Source: Azolla caroliniana
Lineage: Eukaryota > Plantae > Polypodiophyta
Assembly (NCBI GenBank): GCA_043228905.1
Contig: JBHGNT010000017.1
Coordinates: 13,826,001 to 13,890,000, forward strand
Reading direction: 5' to 3'
Length of the DNA: 64,000 nt
Shown here: positions 24,583 through 37,164 of the stretch, piece by piece
Layout: every line of letters starts with the position of its first letter
Position numbering within the stretch: the first letter of the stretch is position 1
Translations under genes and position numbers: made by a program
The notes under the pieces: generated by a model
Database searches by the model: none
What the model was told of the DNA's origin: nothing
Seen by the model: the letters and a program-made list of their open reading frames with translations, nothing else

Positions 24583-25414
24583 GAAAGGGAAGCAGGATCA
24601 ACAGCCGCTTCTTCTTCTTCTTCTTCTTCTTCTTCTTCTTCTTCGTCTCCGTCAGTCTACTGCGTCTTCTGATGATGGAAGCTTCTGCCTGCCATTGTAA
24701 CGCCTGATGATGATGAAGATTCTCACACAGACAGAGAGACAATTGGCGGGCGGACATTGTTAGTGTCCGTGGCGGGCCGGGCGGACATTGCTCGTGTGTC
24801 TGTGGCGGGCAGCCATCCAATGAATCAGGTCCCCATCCGGCCGGCCATCGTGACCAAGCTGCAGCCACACTCACTCATGCTAATGACCAGCCATCCGACA
24901 ATCCGAACCCCACCCGCCCGATATGCCAAAGGCAAGGCCCCGCCCACGGCCTATGGCATTTTCCACACAATCTCTTCATGAAAGCGATATGTTATAAACA
25001 CACACAGACCGACCTTGCATCGGAGAAGTAAAACCAAGCACGTCATGCACAATTACACAAATGTGTAATACGTGGTAGCATTACAGAGATGCATATTACG
25101 TGGTAGCATGCGCATCAAGAAAATGCATTGACTTCGAATCATCCCTACATAATTTGTAGCGTACGGGCACATTATCACTAGTGTAGGTACACATACCAAC
25201 AATTTTGTGTGCGTGTGTGTCTTATTGTTGTGCGATGATTTTGTATCGTGGACAGTTTAAGCAATCGGGAATATGTATCGGTACGAGAATTGTCGTGTGG
25301 TGGGAAGGAGAATATGTATCTGCAATTAGTGCGGTTAATTAGCCATTAGCACGTCTTCGTAATAGGCGGGAAGGCAAGGGGCAAGCATGGTCATAGAAGT
25401 GACCAGTCTACTCT

Positions 25415-25805
25415 TGATGAGGGTATAATGGACACTCTTTTGGGAAGACGTTTTGTCGGTGACTAGGGTATAATGGTCACTCTTTCGAGAATATGTTTTG
25501 TCCATGATGGGGGCATAATGGCCACTCTTTCTAGAAGATGTTTTGTTCGTGACAAAGGTATAATGGCCACTCTTTCGGGAAGATGTTTTGTCCGTGACGA
25601 GGGTATAATTGCCCCTCTTTCGGGAAGATGTTTTGTCCGTGACGAAGGTGTAATGGCCGCTCTTTCATGAAGATGTTCTGTCCGTGATGAAGGTATAATG
25701 GCTGCTCTTTCATGAAGATGTTCTGTCCGTGATGAAGGTATAATGGCCGCTCTTTCATGAAGACGTTTTGTCCGAGATAAGGGTAAAATGGCCACCCCTC
25801 TTTCA
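25415..25805. repeat. 45-bp minisatellite, about 9 copies
   Basis: Unit about gggtataatggccactctttcgggaagatgttttgtccgtgacga. Confidence 0.92.
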
Positions 25806-26022
25806 AGATGACAGAATGTCTAGGACAAGTCCGTCCGGCTGCTCAGGGGCATTCTGAGAGACTAAACAGAAACTCCAAAAAGGGCATGTCTGAGAAACAA
25901 ATTAGTATCCTATCAGATCACTCTTTCTCTCTTTGAAGGGTTTGATTTTTCTGATTTGAAAGCCAAAGTGGGGGGGTCATACCAACTCTCCAATACCTTG
26001 ACTGTTCTCCATATCTATATAC

Positions 26023-26057
<35 letters not shown>

Positions 26058-26955
26058 AACAATACAAAAGTCGTTGAAGGAGACACCAATGATTTTATTC
26101 AGCCTTTGTTTAAACATTCTTCAATGACCTACTACATTGTATCAAAACACACAGTGTTTTGTGATTAGAAACACAGCATTACATCAACGGCAATCTAGCA
26201 GCTTCCTCCCAATCCAAAATCAGTAACTAGATTTGGCCTCAATGCTGGCTGTAAACAAATCTGATTAAGGCAAACCAATGTGTAGATTATTTGCTTCGTG
26301 AATCGTTGCACAGAGCATGAAGGCTATGAATGATCCCATACCAATGCATTGCATTAAAGTAAACTCTCATGTATTGAGACATAGTATCGAAACCCTAGCG
26401 AGCTACCAGATAGGGTTACCACCGGATCATCATAGACATACATTGTATAAAACCCTCATTTTCACTTTATATTTACATAATTAGAAAAGCATCCTCACCA
26501 CCACTAAAAAGCCAAGGATTTCCCATACCAAAACACAATCACAGGTACCAGGCCCTTCAGTGTCACCATAATCACTATCACAGCAGAAGATATACCATTG
26601 TACAAAACACTACTCTCTTTATTATTAAACAGTTTCATGTGGCAAAGCAAGAAGGTTCTGACCAACCCCAAACCATCATCATTACAGAAGCCACTAGTGT
26701 CCATAAAAGAACATAATAAAATGTATAGGATCATCATTCGACAATGAAAAATCGGCTTCTTTGAAGCGTTTCTTTCTCCTTCAGATATATATATTTATTT
26801 ATTTATATAGCTAACAACATTAGGGCCATTGTGACATGGGGGCAGAACAAAGCCTATATCAAGAAAACCCCATAGATCCATAGAACATATAAAGCTTATA
26901 TCAAGCAAACCCCATATACATCTGCTTTTCCATTTTGCTTTTTTATGCTTTTCTC

Positions 26956-27966
26956 TTATAAAGCAATTGATTCAAGCAAGGCCGAGATATCACAATGCGC
27001 CCCATCGTTATCTGTGGATGTGATGAACGGGTGCGAAAGGAGGGCGCAAGCGCGGGGACGCCGGGCGGGGTCCTTCTGCAGACACCTCATGATGAAATCT
27101 CGGAAGTGGGGAGAGAAATGGGCGGGCGGGGTGGGTGGGTCCCGATAACAGATGGCCACCATGAGGCTCGGCCAGTCGGCCATTTGTCCGCGCTCGAGGA
27201 AGGGGAAGTGTCCCATGGCACACTCGAGGAGGCTGAGGCCCAAGCTCCATATGTCCGCGGCATAGCCGCAATAGTTCCCGCCATGGCTATCGGGATCGAA
27301 CCTCTCAGGGCTCATATATGCACATGTCCCCACAAATGAACTGCACGGAGCAATGGTACTCGCCAGTACCGTACTTACCCCGAAATCAGCTATCTTCACC
27401 TCTTGCCTATGATTAATCAGGAGATTTGATGGCTTTATATCTCTGTGCACTATCCTATTTGAGTGTAGATAATCCAATCCTCTCAGCACTTGCCTTGCCA
27501 CTTCGCTCAAATAGAATTCAGTTATGACACCATGTGTCTTCAACACATTCGCTAGAGACCCACCATCCATGTATTCCAAAACAAAGGAAATCTCGCCTCC
27601 TTTATCTGAGCTTCCATAGCACCTTACCACATACCTAGAATGAGATCTCCTCAGTATGTTCATTTCTCTCAGGATTTGTTTCCTCACAGAAAGCTCATGC
27701 TTCTCTTGGATAACTTTGAGGGCATAGATGCATCCTGTGCGTTTGTGTTGGACTTTGAATACCTTTCCACTGCTCCCATGGCCGAGGAGTTGAAGCTTTA
27801 CGGTGTCTTCAGGAGCGATCTCCTCGTGTTCTGTCGTGGACAGGGGGTGTGAAGGACGAGGTAAAGGGAGAGGGAGAGGGAGAGGAAGAGGGAGAGGGAT
27901 TGATTCTTCTCTGGGTGGGATTAATGGTAGCTTCAATCCTTTCAGCCTTCTTTCTTTAGTAGACAT
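26956..27966 (-). CDS. Mitogen-activated protein kinase kinase, group D (MKK7/9-like), intronless, 336 aa
   Basis: ATG at 27966 (MSTKERRLKGLKLPL, D-site docking motif); GHGSSGKV, YALK, HRDIKPSN, DFG, activation loop T-x5-S, and VGTCAYMSPERF typical of group D. Confidence 0.95.
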   Translation of the reverse strand: MSTKERRLKGLKLPLIPPREESIPLPLPLPLPLPLPRPSHPLSTTEHEEIAPEDTVKLQLLGHGSSGKVFKVQHKRTGCIYALKVIQEKHELSVRKQILREMNILRRSHSRYVVRCYGSSDKGGEISFVLEYMDGGSLANVLKTHGVITEFYLSEVARQVLRGLDYLHSNRIVHRDIKPSNLLINHRQEVKIADFGVSTVLASTIAPCSSFVGTCAYMSPERFDPDSHGGNYCGYAADIWSLGLSLLECAMGHFPFLERGQMADWPSLMVAICYRDPPTPPAHFSPHFRDFIMRCLQKDPARRPRACALLSHPFITSTDNDGAHCDISALLESIAL

Positions 27967-28214
27967 GGTGGGTTGGATCAAGAGATCTGCGGAATCTCTT
28001 CCAGCAGGCTATGTTGGTAAGCAGATTATATTCAGAAGGAGCAGAAGCAGCAGCAGAGGAGGGTTGGGAAATGGAGGAAGAAATGGGTTTAGGGAAGGAA
28101 GAAAGGTCTTTAGGGGGTGAGCATGGATGCGATGGAGACACAACCCATTTTATATACATATGCATAACGAGATAGAACAGAGACTACAACGCGTTAGTCG
28201 CATATATCTCATGG

Positions 28215-28637
28215 TATGTATGTATGTCTATGTATGTCTATGTATGTGTGTGTGTGTATGTATGTATGTGTGTATGTATGTATGTCTATGTATGTATGTA
28301 TGTATGTCTATGTATGTGTGTGTATGTATGTATGTATGTGTGTATGTATGTATGTATGTGTGTATGTATGTATGTATGTATGTATGTATGTATGTATGTC
28401 TATGTATGTATGTGTGTAGGTAGGTAGGTATTTCTATGTATGTATGTATGTATGTATGTATGTATGTATGTATGTGTATGTATGTGCATATGTATGTATG
28501 TATGTATGTATGTTTGTATGTATGTAGGTAGGTAGGTAGGTAGGTAGGTATTTCTATATATGTATGTATGTATGTATGTGTATGTGTGTGCATATGTATG
28601 TGTGCTATGTTATGGCTATGGTGTGTGTGTGTGTATG

Positions 28638-28688
<51 letters not shown>
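28215..28688. repeat. Compound microsatellite (TATG)n/(TAGG)n/(TG)n
   Basis: Directly visible, about 470 bp, about 250 bp upstream of the MKK start. Confidence 0.95.
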
Positions 28689-28692
<4 letters not shown>

Positions 28693-31200
28693 GGTTAAAG
28701 ATATTTCATTCATTAGTGTAAAGCAATTTACATTGTTCGGATTCTATCTTGATGGGCGGAGGGAACTACAATCTTGGTAGTTGAAACTTGAAAATGCCAA
28801 AAGGGTTACCATCTTTCAAGGGTTGTATGTGTGCTATGTATATAGGCTAAAAGTCCACCTAATGTTTGTGTTCCATCATCTATTCAGTCATTCCTTTCCA
28901 TAAGTATATGTATGCATGATGTGATGACCTGTTCAATCATTCTCGACCTTTGACCATCGTCGTTCATGGTCAAGTCAAAGGAACCCTCGTGATCTTATAT
29001 TCAGTTGCAAAGTACATCCGCATATTGTTGACTAAGGACCACGTTCCTTACTACGACTAGAAGATAAAAAGACTTCGTGAGCCGGCATTTTGAAGGACGA
29101 ATACAAGTGTGCGGGGCACACTTGTTGTGAACTCATTAGGATTGTGCTTAGAAGATTTTAGGACCATAGTTGAGAAGAGAACTCAAGTTTATGTGCATGC
29201 TTTGATCACATTGTGGACTAGAGGCCTTTGTTGAACTAATTCAAATTATATGCTCATTTTCCACTTAACACATGCAACTTGAACCTTCACGACAAGGAAC
29301 ACAACTTTGCTCCGCTAAAGAAATGGACATGACATGATGTGTGGAACAGTAAATATGTAGATGTACAATATACAACAACATCAACAAGCATCGAGTCTAA
29401 TCATACTTAATTTTGTAAGGGACACAGTTGGTAAACAAGAAAAATGTATGTTTTGAATCCTTTTAAAATTTGAGCCTTGTTGCAAGAAGAATCAACGCAT
29501 GTCATAGTTATATAGGAGGAGAATGTGCATGTATTTCGTTTGCATTATGGGAAGGGATGAACATTTTAATGGTCCAAGTAGCTTTTTTTGAAGAAAAGAC
29601 ACTTGGTGAGCATTGGCTTCTTGCAAGAAGATACACAGAAGAAAAAGAGAGAGAATCTAAACAAATGTTTCTTAAGGATAAAAAGTCAATAAGAGAGTAT
29701 TGGTTCATCACGAGGAGGAAATAATGTAGACAAACAATCCCGCAATACCATATCACAATATTGTATCATTGTGCAAGTGGTAACATTGCTATCAACTTTT
29801 TATTCACCTCTTAGATTACTTCAAAGTTCATGGCTCCAAAGAATGACAAGTGGTTTTGTTCTTCTCCACTCAAGAAAGTTGGTCGCGTTTCTTCCACCAA
29901 GCCCTCATCCCAATGTGGTTTCAAAACATTACAGTAAAGTTTACATCATCTCCCATTCATTTTGCATATTTCAAGGCACAAGAAGTTGGAAAGTTTAGAT
30001 CATCTAGGTGTCATTTATTCACACAAATCAATACTACATTAGGATGGGTGTTTGGAATATATTGGCATGATGTGGAATGGTTATCAGTGACTATAACGAG
30101 AAACCCAAATGTTCATTTTCATTGCCTAATTATCAACATAGTTGAGACTTCCTCTGGGTACCCTTGCTCCACATAGTCAATGTGGACCGATGCTATAACA
30201 TGTAGAATTTTTGTGTCAAGAGGTCTCATGTATGATATCAGTTGCAACTAGACTAAGGGTTGAAGCTACACTTGCTCTATGGCTACTGCTTAAGGGAGGG
30301 CTTATGCCAACTTTGTCAATGTGTAATAAGTGAGGTGTCTACACTTCCACCATGTGTGTGTGTAGTTTGTACTATATTTGTTATATTGCATGATGTATGG
30401 GAGGTATTTGATAATGGTCGTCAATTCCAATAAACGCTTGCGAGGAAACAATTGAGGAAGCTAATTGCTATGAAGGGAAGGAGAGAATATGTATGTTTCT
30501 CTTCGATTGGTGTGATTCTTGGCTTGAAAAGTTTCCTTGACTCGAGTCCTCACAAGTCAACTCCACACTCAAGCATAGACACACAATTAACACTTAATTG
30601 CTGCTTAATTAAAATGGAGAGACTGGAGCTACAACATAAGTAGTAATAGTATACTCAATTATCTTTATCTTCTTTAGTCAGGCGACTTGTATTTATACAA
30701 ATGGTTCTTCACCACCAATTGTAGGTAGCAATCATTGTGTGCCCCTTCAAAGGTAAACAATTGTCCTCTAATTATCTCCACATGACACATATTTGTGTTC
30801 TTACTGGTGTTAGAACTTAAAGTGCAACCTATAAGTTCATGTGACATGCACTTCTTTTTTAACATGTCGTTTTATTAGAATAGCCCAATTCTAAACCTAG
30901 CTAACCATCAACATCCAAAAGTATTTGTTGCTTGTACAAAAGCACAAACATAAGACATTTTCATAAGTCCAAATCATATTACTGAAAATGTCATGTATAT
31001 TTTTTCCCCAAAGCATGTTATAGTAAAAACAAACATAAATTTTGCACGAAAGCCCCACTACCCCACCATATGAAGACGATGTAATGCACAGGAAAAAATG
31101 AAATTAACACCACAAAATCACATAATATTATAAAACTATGATATTTCAACACATATGTCATGGCATATTCATTGATCAACATTCTATTGTCAATGATCCA

Positions 31201-33842
31201 CTTCTTTTTTTCTTTTCTTTTCTTTTTCCAAAATGAAGCTACTTTCCCATTAGTTTGGACAGATTATTACAAAGAGACTACACAAGGAGGCTTATACACA
31301 AATCGGGGAATCTCCCTCCGATCAAGTTCAAGAAAATGAGACTACTTACATAGCCTTTCGGACTGACTACTTAATGTAAGTAGATACCTATAGCTAAATA
31401 CGGTGCCCTTCAGTGTTGGCTAGTACAAGCCAACTCCTGGGGCCTACAACGAAGGGAGGGAGGGAAGTGAGTCGGAAACAACCAACGTGGGTGGGGGCTG
31501 GTAGTTCCACCTCAGGCCACTTCCTCCTTTTGTCACCATAGGCGTGTTCTGCCATTTTTGCCAAAAGCGCAAATGAGCAGTGACCACGTCATTGGAATGG
31601 CTGCAAACCTCGTCCAATTGCCCTTGTAGGAAGCTGATAAGTGCAAACCATATGTCCATGATCACTTCTTCCAGGGGCCGTACCAGATCTTGAAAAACCT
31701 TTAGGCAACGTGCTTTCCATACATACCACATGCTGAAGCCTACAATCAGCATCCAAATTTTCAGGAACCTAGGGGATGTAGATTGCAAGCCTCTCTCAAA
31801 ACAAATCTTGGCGATTATGCCACTTGTGCATACATAGCACCAGCTATCCGCATTGAAGGCGTCTGTCCACCTATCAATAGAGTGATCAATCCATACCGCA
31901 ACACTCCACGATGTTGTTCCTTCCGCTTCACATGCCGCAAGGAGGCGAGTCACTCTATCCCATACCTTTTGAGCTTGAGGGAAATCCCACAGACAATGTC
32001 TCAGAGTCTCAATAGGTGAAGGGCAAAGTGGGCAACCTAACGGGCCCGCCACGTTTACCTAGCCATTCGCTAACGGGAACCACATTATGACCGATTTGCC
32101 ACCAAAAGAGCTTGATCTTTTCAGGCATGTGGAGACGTTAGAGACCGTTCCAAAAGGTAATGAGCACCTCATCAGGGATACCCAATGTTTGCCAACCAAC
32201 CCTAAATCCTAGGTACTTGAATGTTGTCCCATCAGGGACCCATGTAAAATCAGCATGGGGTTGCCACCTTGGTTTCTCTTGTTCGCTGAACCAGAGGCCT
32301 TGGGTTTTATCCCAATTGACCTTGGCACCAACAACCTGACAAAAGTCCTAAACAAGATGTTCAACCCACTGCAAATTCTTATCATCGCCCTACAAGAAAA
32401 GGACCGTATCATCGGCATATTTAGATAACAGAAGATCTTCAATCACATTGGGGATGGGCTATCCCCTCAGTCAGCTGCTTGGTGCTTGTAAGTAGGCAGA
32501 GAAAGCCTCAGTTCCAAATAGATAGAGATATGGGGCTAGGGGACAACCTTGCCTCACTGAGCAATGTAGTTGGAAGGCAAGGCCCCTAGCATCAACTACT
32601 AGCACGCTGCTGGTAGCGGTCCGATAGAGTGTAGAAGTGCAATTCCTCCATCGTTGGGGTAGGCCCATAGCTCTCATCACATTTTCCAAAAAGGGCCATA
32701 ACACCCTATCGTAGGCCTTCTCAAAGTCTAACATCAGAATAGCCGAGCTCGATATAGAGCGATTTGCCAATGCCATAACTTCCCAGAGAAGCAACACATT
32801 ATCAAAGATACACCTACCCTTGATAAACCTTGTTTGATTCTCATGTATGATGTCCAGTAAGAAGTTTCCTATCCGTCAAGCTAGGACTTTTGCGAGTATC
32901 TTGTATATCGTGTTAAGGATCATGATTGGACGTCATTGTCGTAGCTCTAGGCTTCGCCCTGCCGCTTTAGGGATGAGATAGATCATCCTCTCATCCAGGC
33001 TAGTCAACATCATTCCTGATGTCCAAATCTCCTGAACCCTGGATTCCAATGACGGGATAACATTTTCCCAATGAATCTCATAAAAATCTCATGAGAGACC
33101 GTCAAGGCCGAGGTATGCTCCTCTCTACAATTCCCTGAGTACCTCCGAGAGTTCTAATCGAAAAATGGGGCTATCGAGCACAACTTCCATCTCAAGGGTT
33201 ACCTTGCAGTGAATGCAAGCCATCACCCTCTCAGCCAACTACGTGTTTTGCCACATATGCACAGGTGCGAGCAGGTCACGATAGTATTGTGTTGCCATAT
33301 GGATGTGTGTTATTGAGTTGTCTGGTTTGCACAGCCCTTGGATATGTCCACTACCACCATTGGGTGCCCTGGACTGAAAGAAATGTTTGTTCTAGCCCAC
33401 CATGCTACACTCCTTCGAAATAACATTCGGTTCTTCTCCAACGTCCTTTCCTGAAACTTCATCTTTGCTTCCTCCAGCTTAGCTCTAGACCAATTGCAAC
33501 CAGGGTCTACTTGTAGTAATTGTTGCACTACCGCAACGGACTTCCGTAATTTTGTTTCATTGGATCTGACCTGCTGGAGGGCCCACTTGGTTTCCTGTTG
33601 TAAAAAGGAGGAGGAGAGGGCCAATTTTTTCTGCAAATCCTTCCTAGCCGATTCACTTACAATGGTCTCCCGCCATATACTATGTAGACTTGCCTTCACC
33701 TCTACACTCTTCATGATCTTTGTGGGGATTTTCACATTGAGACTCCCCTTGCTACCGCGGGGTGGGTTAAGGTCTAGTCTCATCAGTTGGTGATTAGAGA
33801 AGGTAAGACCTGCCAAGATAGCAAAGGAGCCCCCTAGCTCTT
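31201..33842 (-). mobile_element. L1-clade LINE, 3' part (endonuclease end, RT, zf-RVT, A-rich tail)
   Basis: LTFSNH, LDFEKAYDRV, VRQGCPLAPYLY, CPLCPSPIETLRHCLW; T-rich tail 31201-31227; YADD region appears deleted. Confidence 0.9.
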
Positions 33843-33942
33843 TGGCAAAGTAAACGTGTGGGAGCATTTGACAAACAGGCTCAGCTGGATAGCAACAAAA
33901 GATAAAAGGAAAACTCAACGCACACAGAGAGTACACGTACGC

Positions 33943-33993
<51 letters not shown>

Positions 33994-36900
33994 CAGAACA
34001 TAAACTCAATTCAAAATAACACTCTGAAAACTTTGTACATACAACGTGCTAAACATCACTATTTATACAAGTCCTCAAAAGGACTGACAGAAGTACTATG
34101 TACTTTAATGCTCATACGAGCAACTGACACTAACTACCAGACAATGATTACCTAGTAGTCTAGGCTACTACTAGGCTTCCAGTTCGCACTCGAATCCGGC
34201 TCTTTGATCCGTCTCTTGGTTCTGGATATCATCCAAACACCGATTCAGTTCTCCGTTCCGAATACCGATTTGGCTCTGGCTTCTTCAACTGATCCGGATC
34301 CAGTTGAGCTTGCTCGCTCAACACTCCCCCTCAAGCTCAACTTGAGGTCGGATCATGGTATTAGTGTCTGTGGCAGCCGGTCCTTCCACCTGGCTCCTTC
34401 TGGCGTCGTTCCGCCTTACTCGCGCTCCTCGTCCGGTCCGGTCTCGTTTGTCGCGACCCTTCTGGTTTTGCACACCTTGATATTCTCGGTCGGCTTGTCT
34501 GCTCAAAATGCCCATTTCAGCTCCCTCGCTGCTACGACTCCGACGCTTGTCGACCTGTCGGCTCCTCCATGTTGGCATTGACTTCCGCTGCGTCCGTGTC
34601 CGCTTGGCCTTAAGAAGATCTGGCTCTTCCGAATCCATCTGTTGAACCGAATCGACTGTCTCCGATTTGTTCTTGCTCTTGTCTGAATCGGTCGCTTCCG
34701 ATTCGTTCCGGCTCTTGTCCGAGTTGGTGTTCTCCAACTCGTCTCCGATTTCCAGGCCCTTCACCACATCAAACCACGACCAAGTCTCGACCTTCTTCTC
34801 CCGGTCAGCTTTGTCCTTTTTCACTTTGCCACCACTGCCGCTTGCTCCGACTTGTTCGGATGTGCCAACTCCTTCGGTCGACTCGGCTTCCTTTTTCTGC
34901 TCATCTCCCCCTTTGGTTCTTTCTTCCTCTCCGGTTCCTTGTCCGGTGCCATCCATTCCCGTTCTTGTTCTCCCCCTCAAGTGCAACACATTGAGATGTT
35001 GTAGGCCGAGCATTGCCGAAAAGTGTTGCAACTTGTCCGACCCGAGCGGCTTGGTGAAGATGTCGACAACCTGTCAATCCGTGTGAACATACCGAATTTC
35101 AACTTCATCGCTCGCAACCCGCTCACGAACAAATTGATAATGCAGTTCTATGTGCTTTGTCCGAGCATGGAACACTAGGTTCTTGGCGAGCTGTATGTTG
35201 CTCATGTTGTCACAGTGGATCAGGATCGGGGTCGGCACCTCGATCCAAAGGTCACGCTATCATGATGTTTCTAACACATAGTGTGAAACCACCCTCGAAA
35301 AGAAGCAAAATAGTAGTTTAAATAAACTAGTATTGTGAAGTCAACTTTATTGGTAGCAAAAATACTTTTTCATTTTGCTTAATTCCTTATAAATAAAAGG
35401 TCAAATGATTGAACCTTACTATAAATAATGATGAGTATTAAGTTAGAGACAGTTTTCAAAAGTAGAGAAAAAGATGGAGAAAGAAGAAGAAGCACGCATG
35501 GATATGAGGAGCACAGTAGAGAAAAAAGCTCATAATTTCCTCATCAGATGTCCAAATTAGAAAAGAAAAGATGCACAAGAAAGCTAACCCAAAGAGCTTT
35601 CCAAGAATATTTTTGCATGTAAAATTTGGGGCTAGAAAACAGAAATAGTGAGGAAAAGAAAAGTCGACTCATATAGACAAGCTTTTTTTAGGGGAAAAAG
35701 GCAAGCAATCCTAAACCTATAAATAAGGGCCTATTCTAGTGAAGAAGGGGGGGAGGGAGAAGGAACGCGGAAGCTCTACTCAATTGGAAGGCAAAAGAAG
35801 AAGGATCAACAACATCGAGAGGCATCATCAACAAAGAATCTGTTAGGAAACAGGTCCCTCCGGATGGGAAGTCAGAAGAACAGTACTGATGAGCAAACTA
35901 GGCCGAGGCCGGAACCGGATGACGAGTACCCGGCTACGTAGAATCGGATGAGGAATACCCAGTTACAGAAGACCCGGTGAGAACCGGATGACGAGTACCC
36001 GGCTACGGAGAGCCGGATGAGGAATACCCAGTTACGGAAGACCCAGTGAGAACCGGATGACGAGTACCTGACTATGGAGAGCCGGATGGTGCAGACCCGG
36101 TGAGAACCGGATGACAAGTACCCGGCAAGCGCCGGATGATGCAAGCCCAATGAGGAGTGCTCACCGGATGAAGAGACATATTCGTAAATATGTTTCTGAG
36201 AGTCCATCGTGGCTATATTTGTAAATAGCCGAAAAGTCATATTAGTATAAATATAACTTAGGGCAAACTTTTTGAAGGGAGTGCGAGAGAGTTGTTGTCA
36301 TTCTTGTTGGCGCAAGATTAGAGTGTGCAACTGTGTACAAAGAGAGTGAGAGAGAGAGGAAGAGGTCGTTGCCTCTGATTGTAACCGCCGTGTGTGGCAA
36401 AGATTAAAAGCTCAAGGTTGTTGCCTCGGTGCTTTATTGTTGTACACTGTAACATAGTGATAGCTTGCAACTTGTGGGCTGCTGTGGTTTTTTCCCGAGT
36501 TTGGGTTTTCCACGTAAACATCCTATGTACTCTTCTCTCTATTGTGTTGTGTTTCATTCCCTGTTTTCTAGGCTCGGTTGTGGCCGAGCGTTGTGCAAAG
36601 GGAGCGTGTAGTTCCTGTCAAAGTGGTATCAGAGCGAAACGACACAGAAAATGGACGATTCTTTGGGAGGCATGTTCAAGTTCACCGGCTCCAACTATTT
36701 GGTGTGGAAGTTGAAGATGAGGGACATGCTCGTGGTTAAAGATCTTTGGTTGCTGGTTCAGTTCGGGGACGAGACCGGACAAGATCGACGCTGCGATATG
36801 GGAGGTGATGCACATGAAACAACGGCGTACATACGATGCTTCATCAACATGAGCCTATACAACAACTTCAATGAAGAGAGCAAGGCTCATAAGCTCTGGG

Positions 36901-37164
36901 AGAAGATCGACATTATGTTTCAAAACAAAAATGTTGTTAATCAGGTTTCGGTATTCCGGAAGCTAGTAAGACTCCGGTACCAAGATGGCTCCAGCATGGC
37001 GGAGCACATGAATGCCTTCCAGGGGCTGATCCACCAGGCAACATCATTGGAAGTACCTCTCGCCGATGAGGTACTAGCGCTACTCCTGCTTGGTTCCCTC
37101 CCGGATAGCTGGGAGATGTTGGTTGTCACTTTGGGCAACGCCGAGCCGGAAGGGAAACGGTTAT

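Noticed and set aside
23954-24874. 306-aa minus-strand ORF
   Set aside because: Runs through (GAA)n and (CT)n microsatellites in a different frame from the real exon 1.
27967-27981. ORF-track N-terminal extension MIQPT of the MKK
   Set aside because: Starts at TTG; the ATG at 27966 directly precedes the docking motif.
28127-28780. Several Met/Tyr/Val/Cys- or His/Thr-rich ORFs
   Set aside because: Translations of the compound microsatellite.
28700-31200. Short ORFs upstream of the MKK
   Set aside because: No recognisable motifs, TIRs or TSDs; probably intergenic or very old TE debris.
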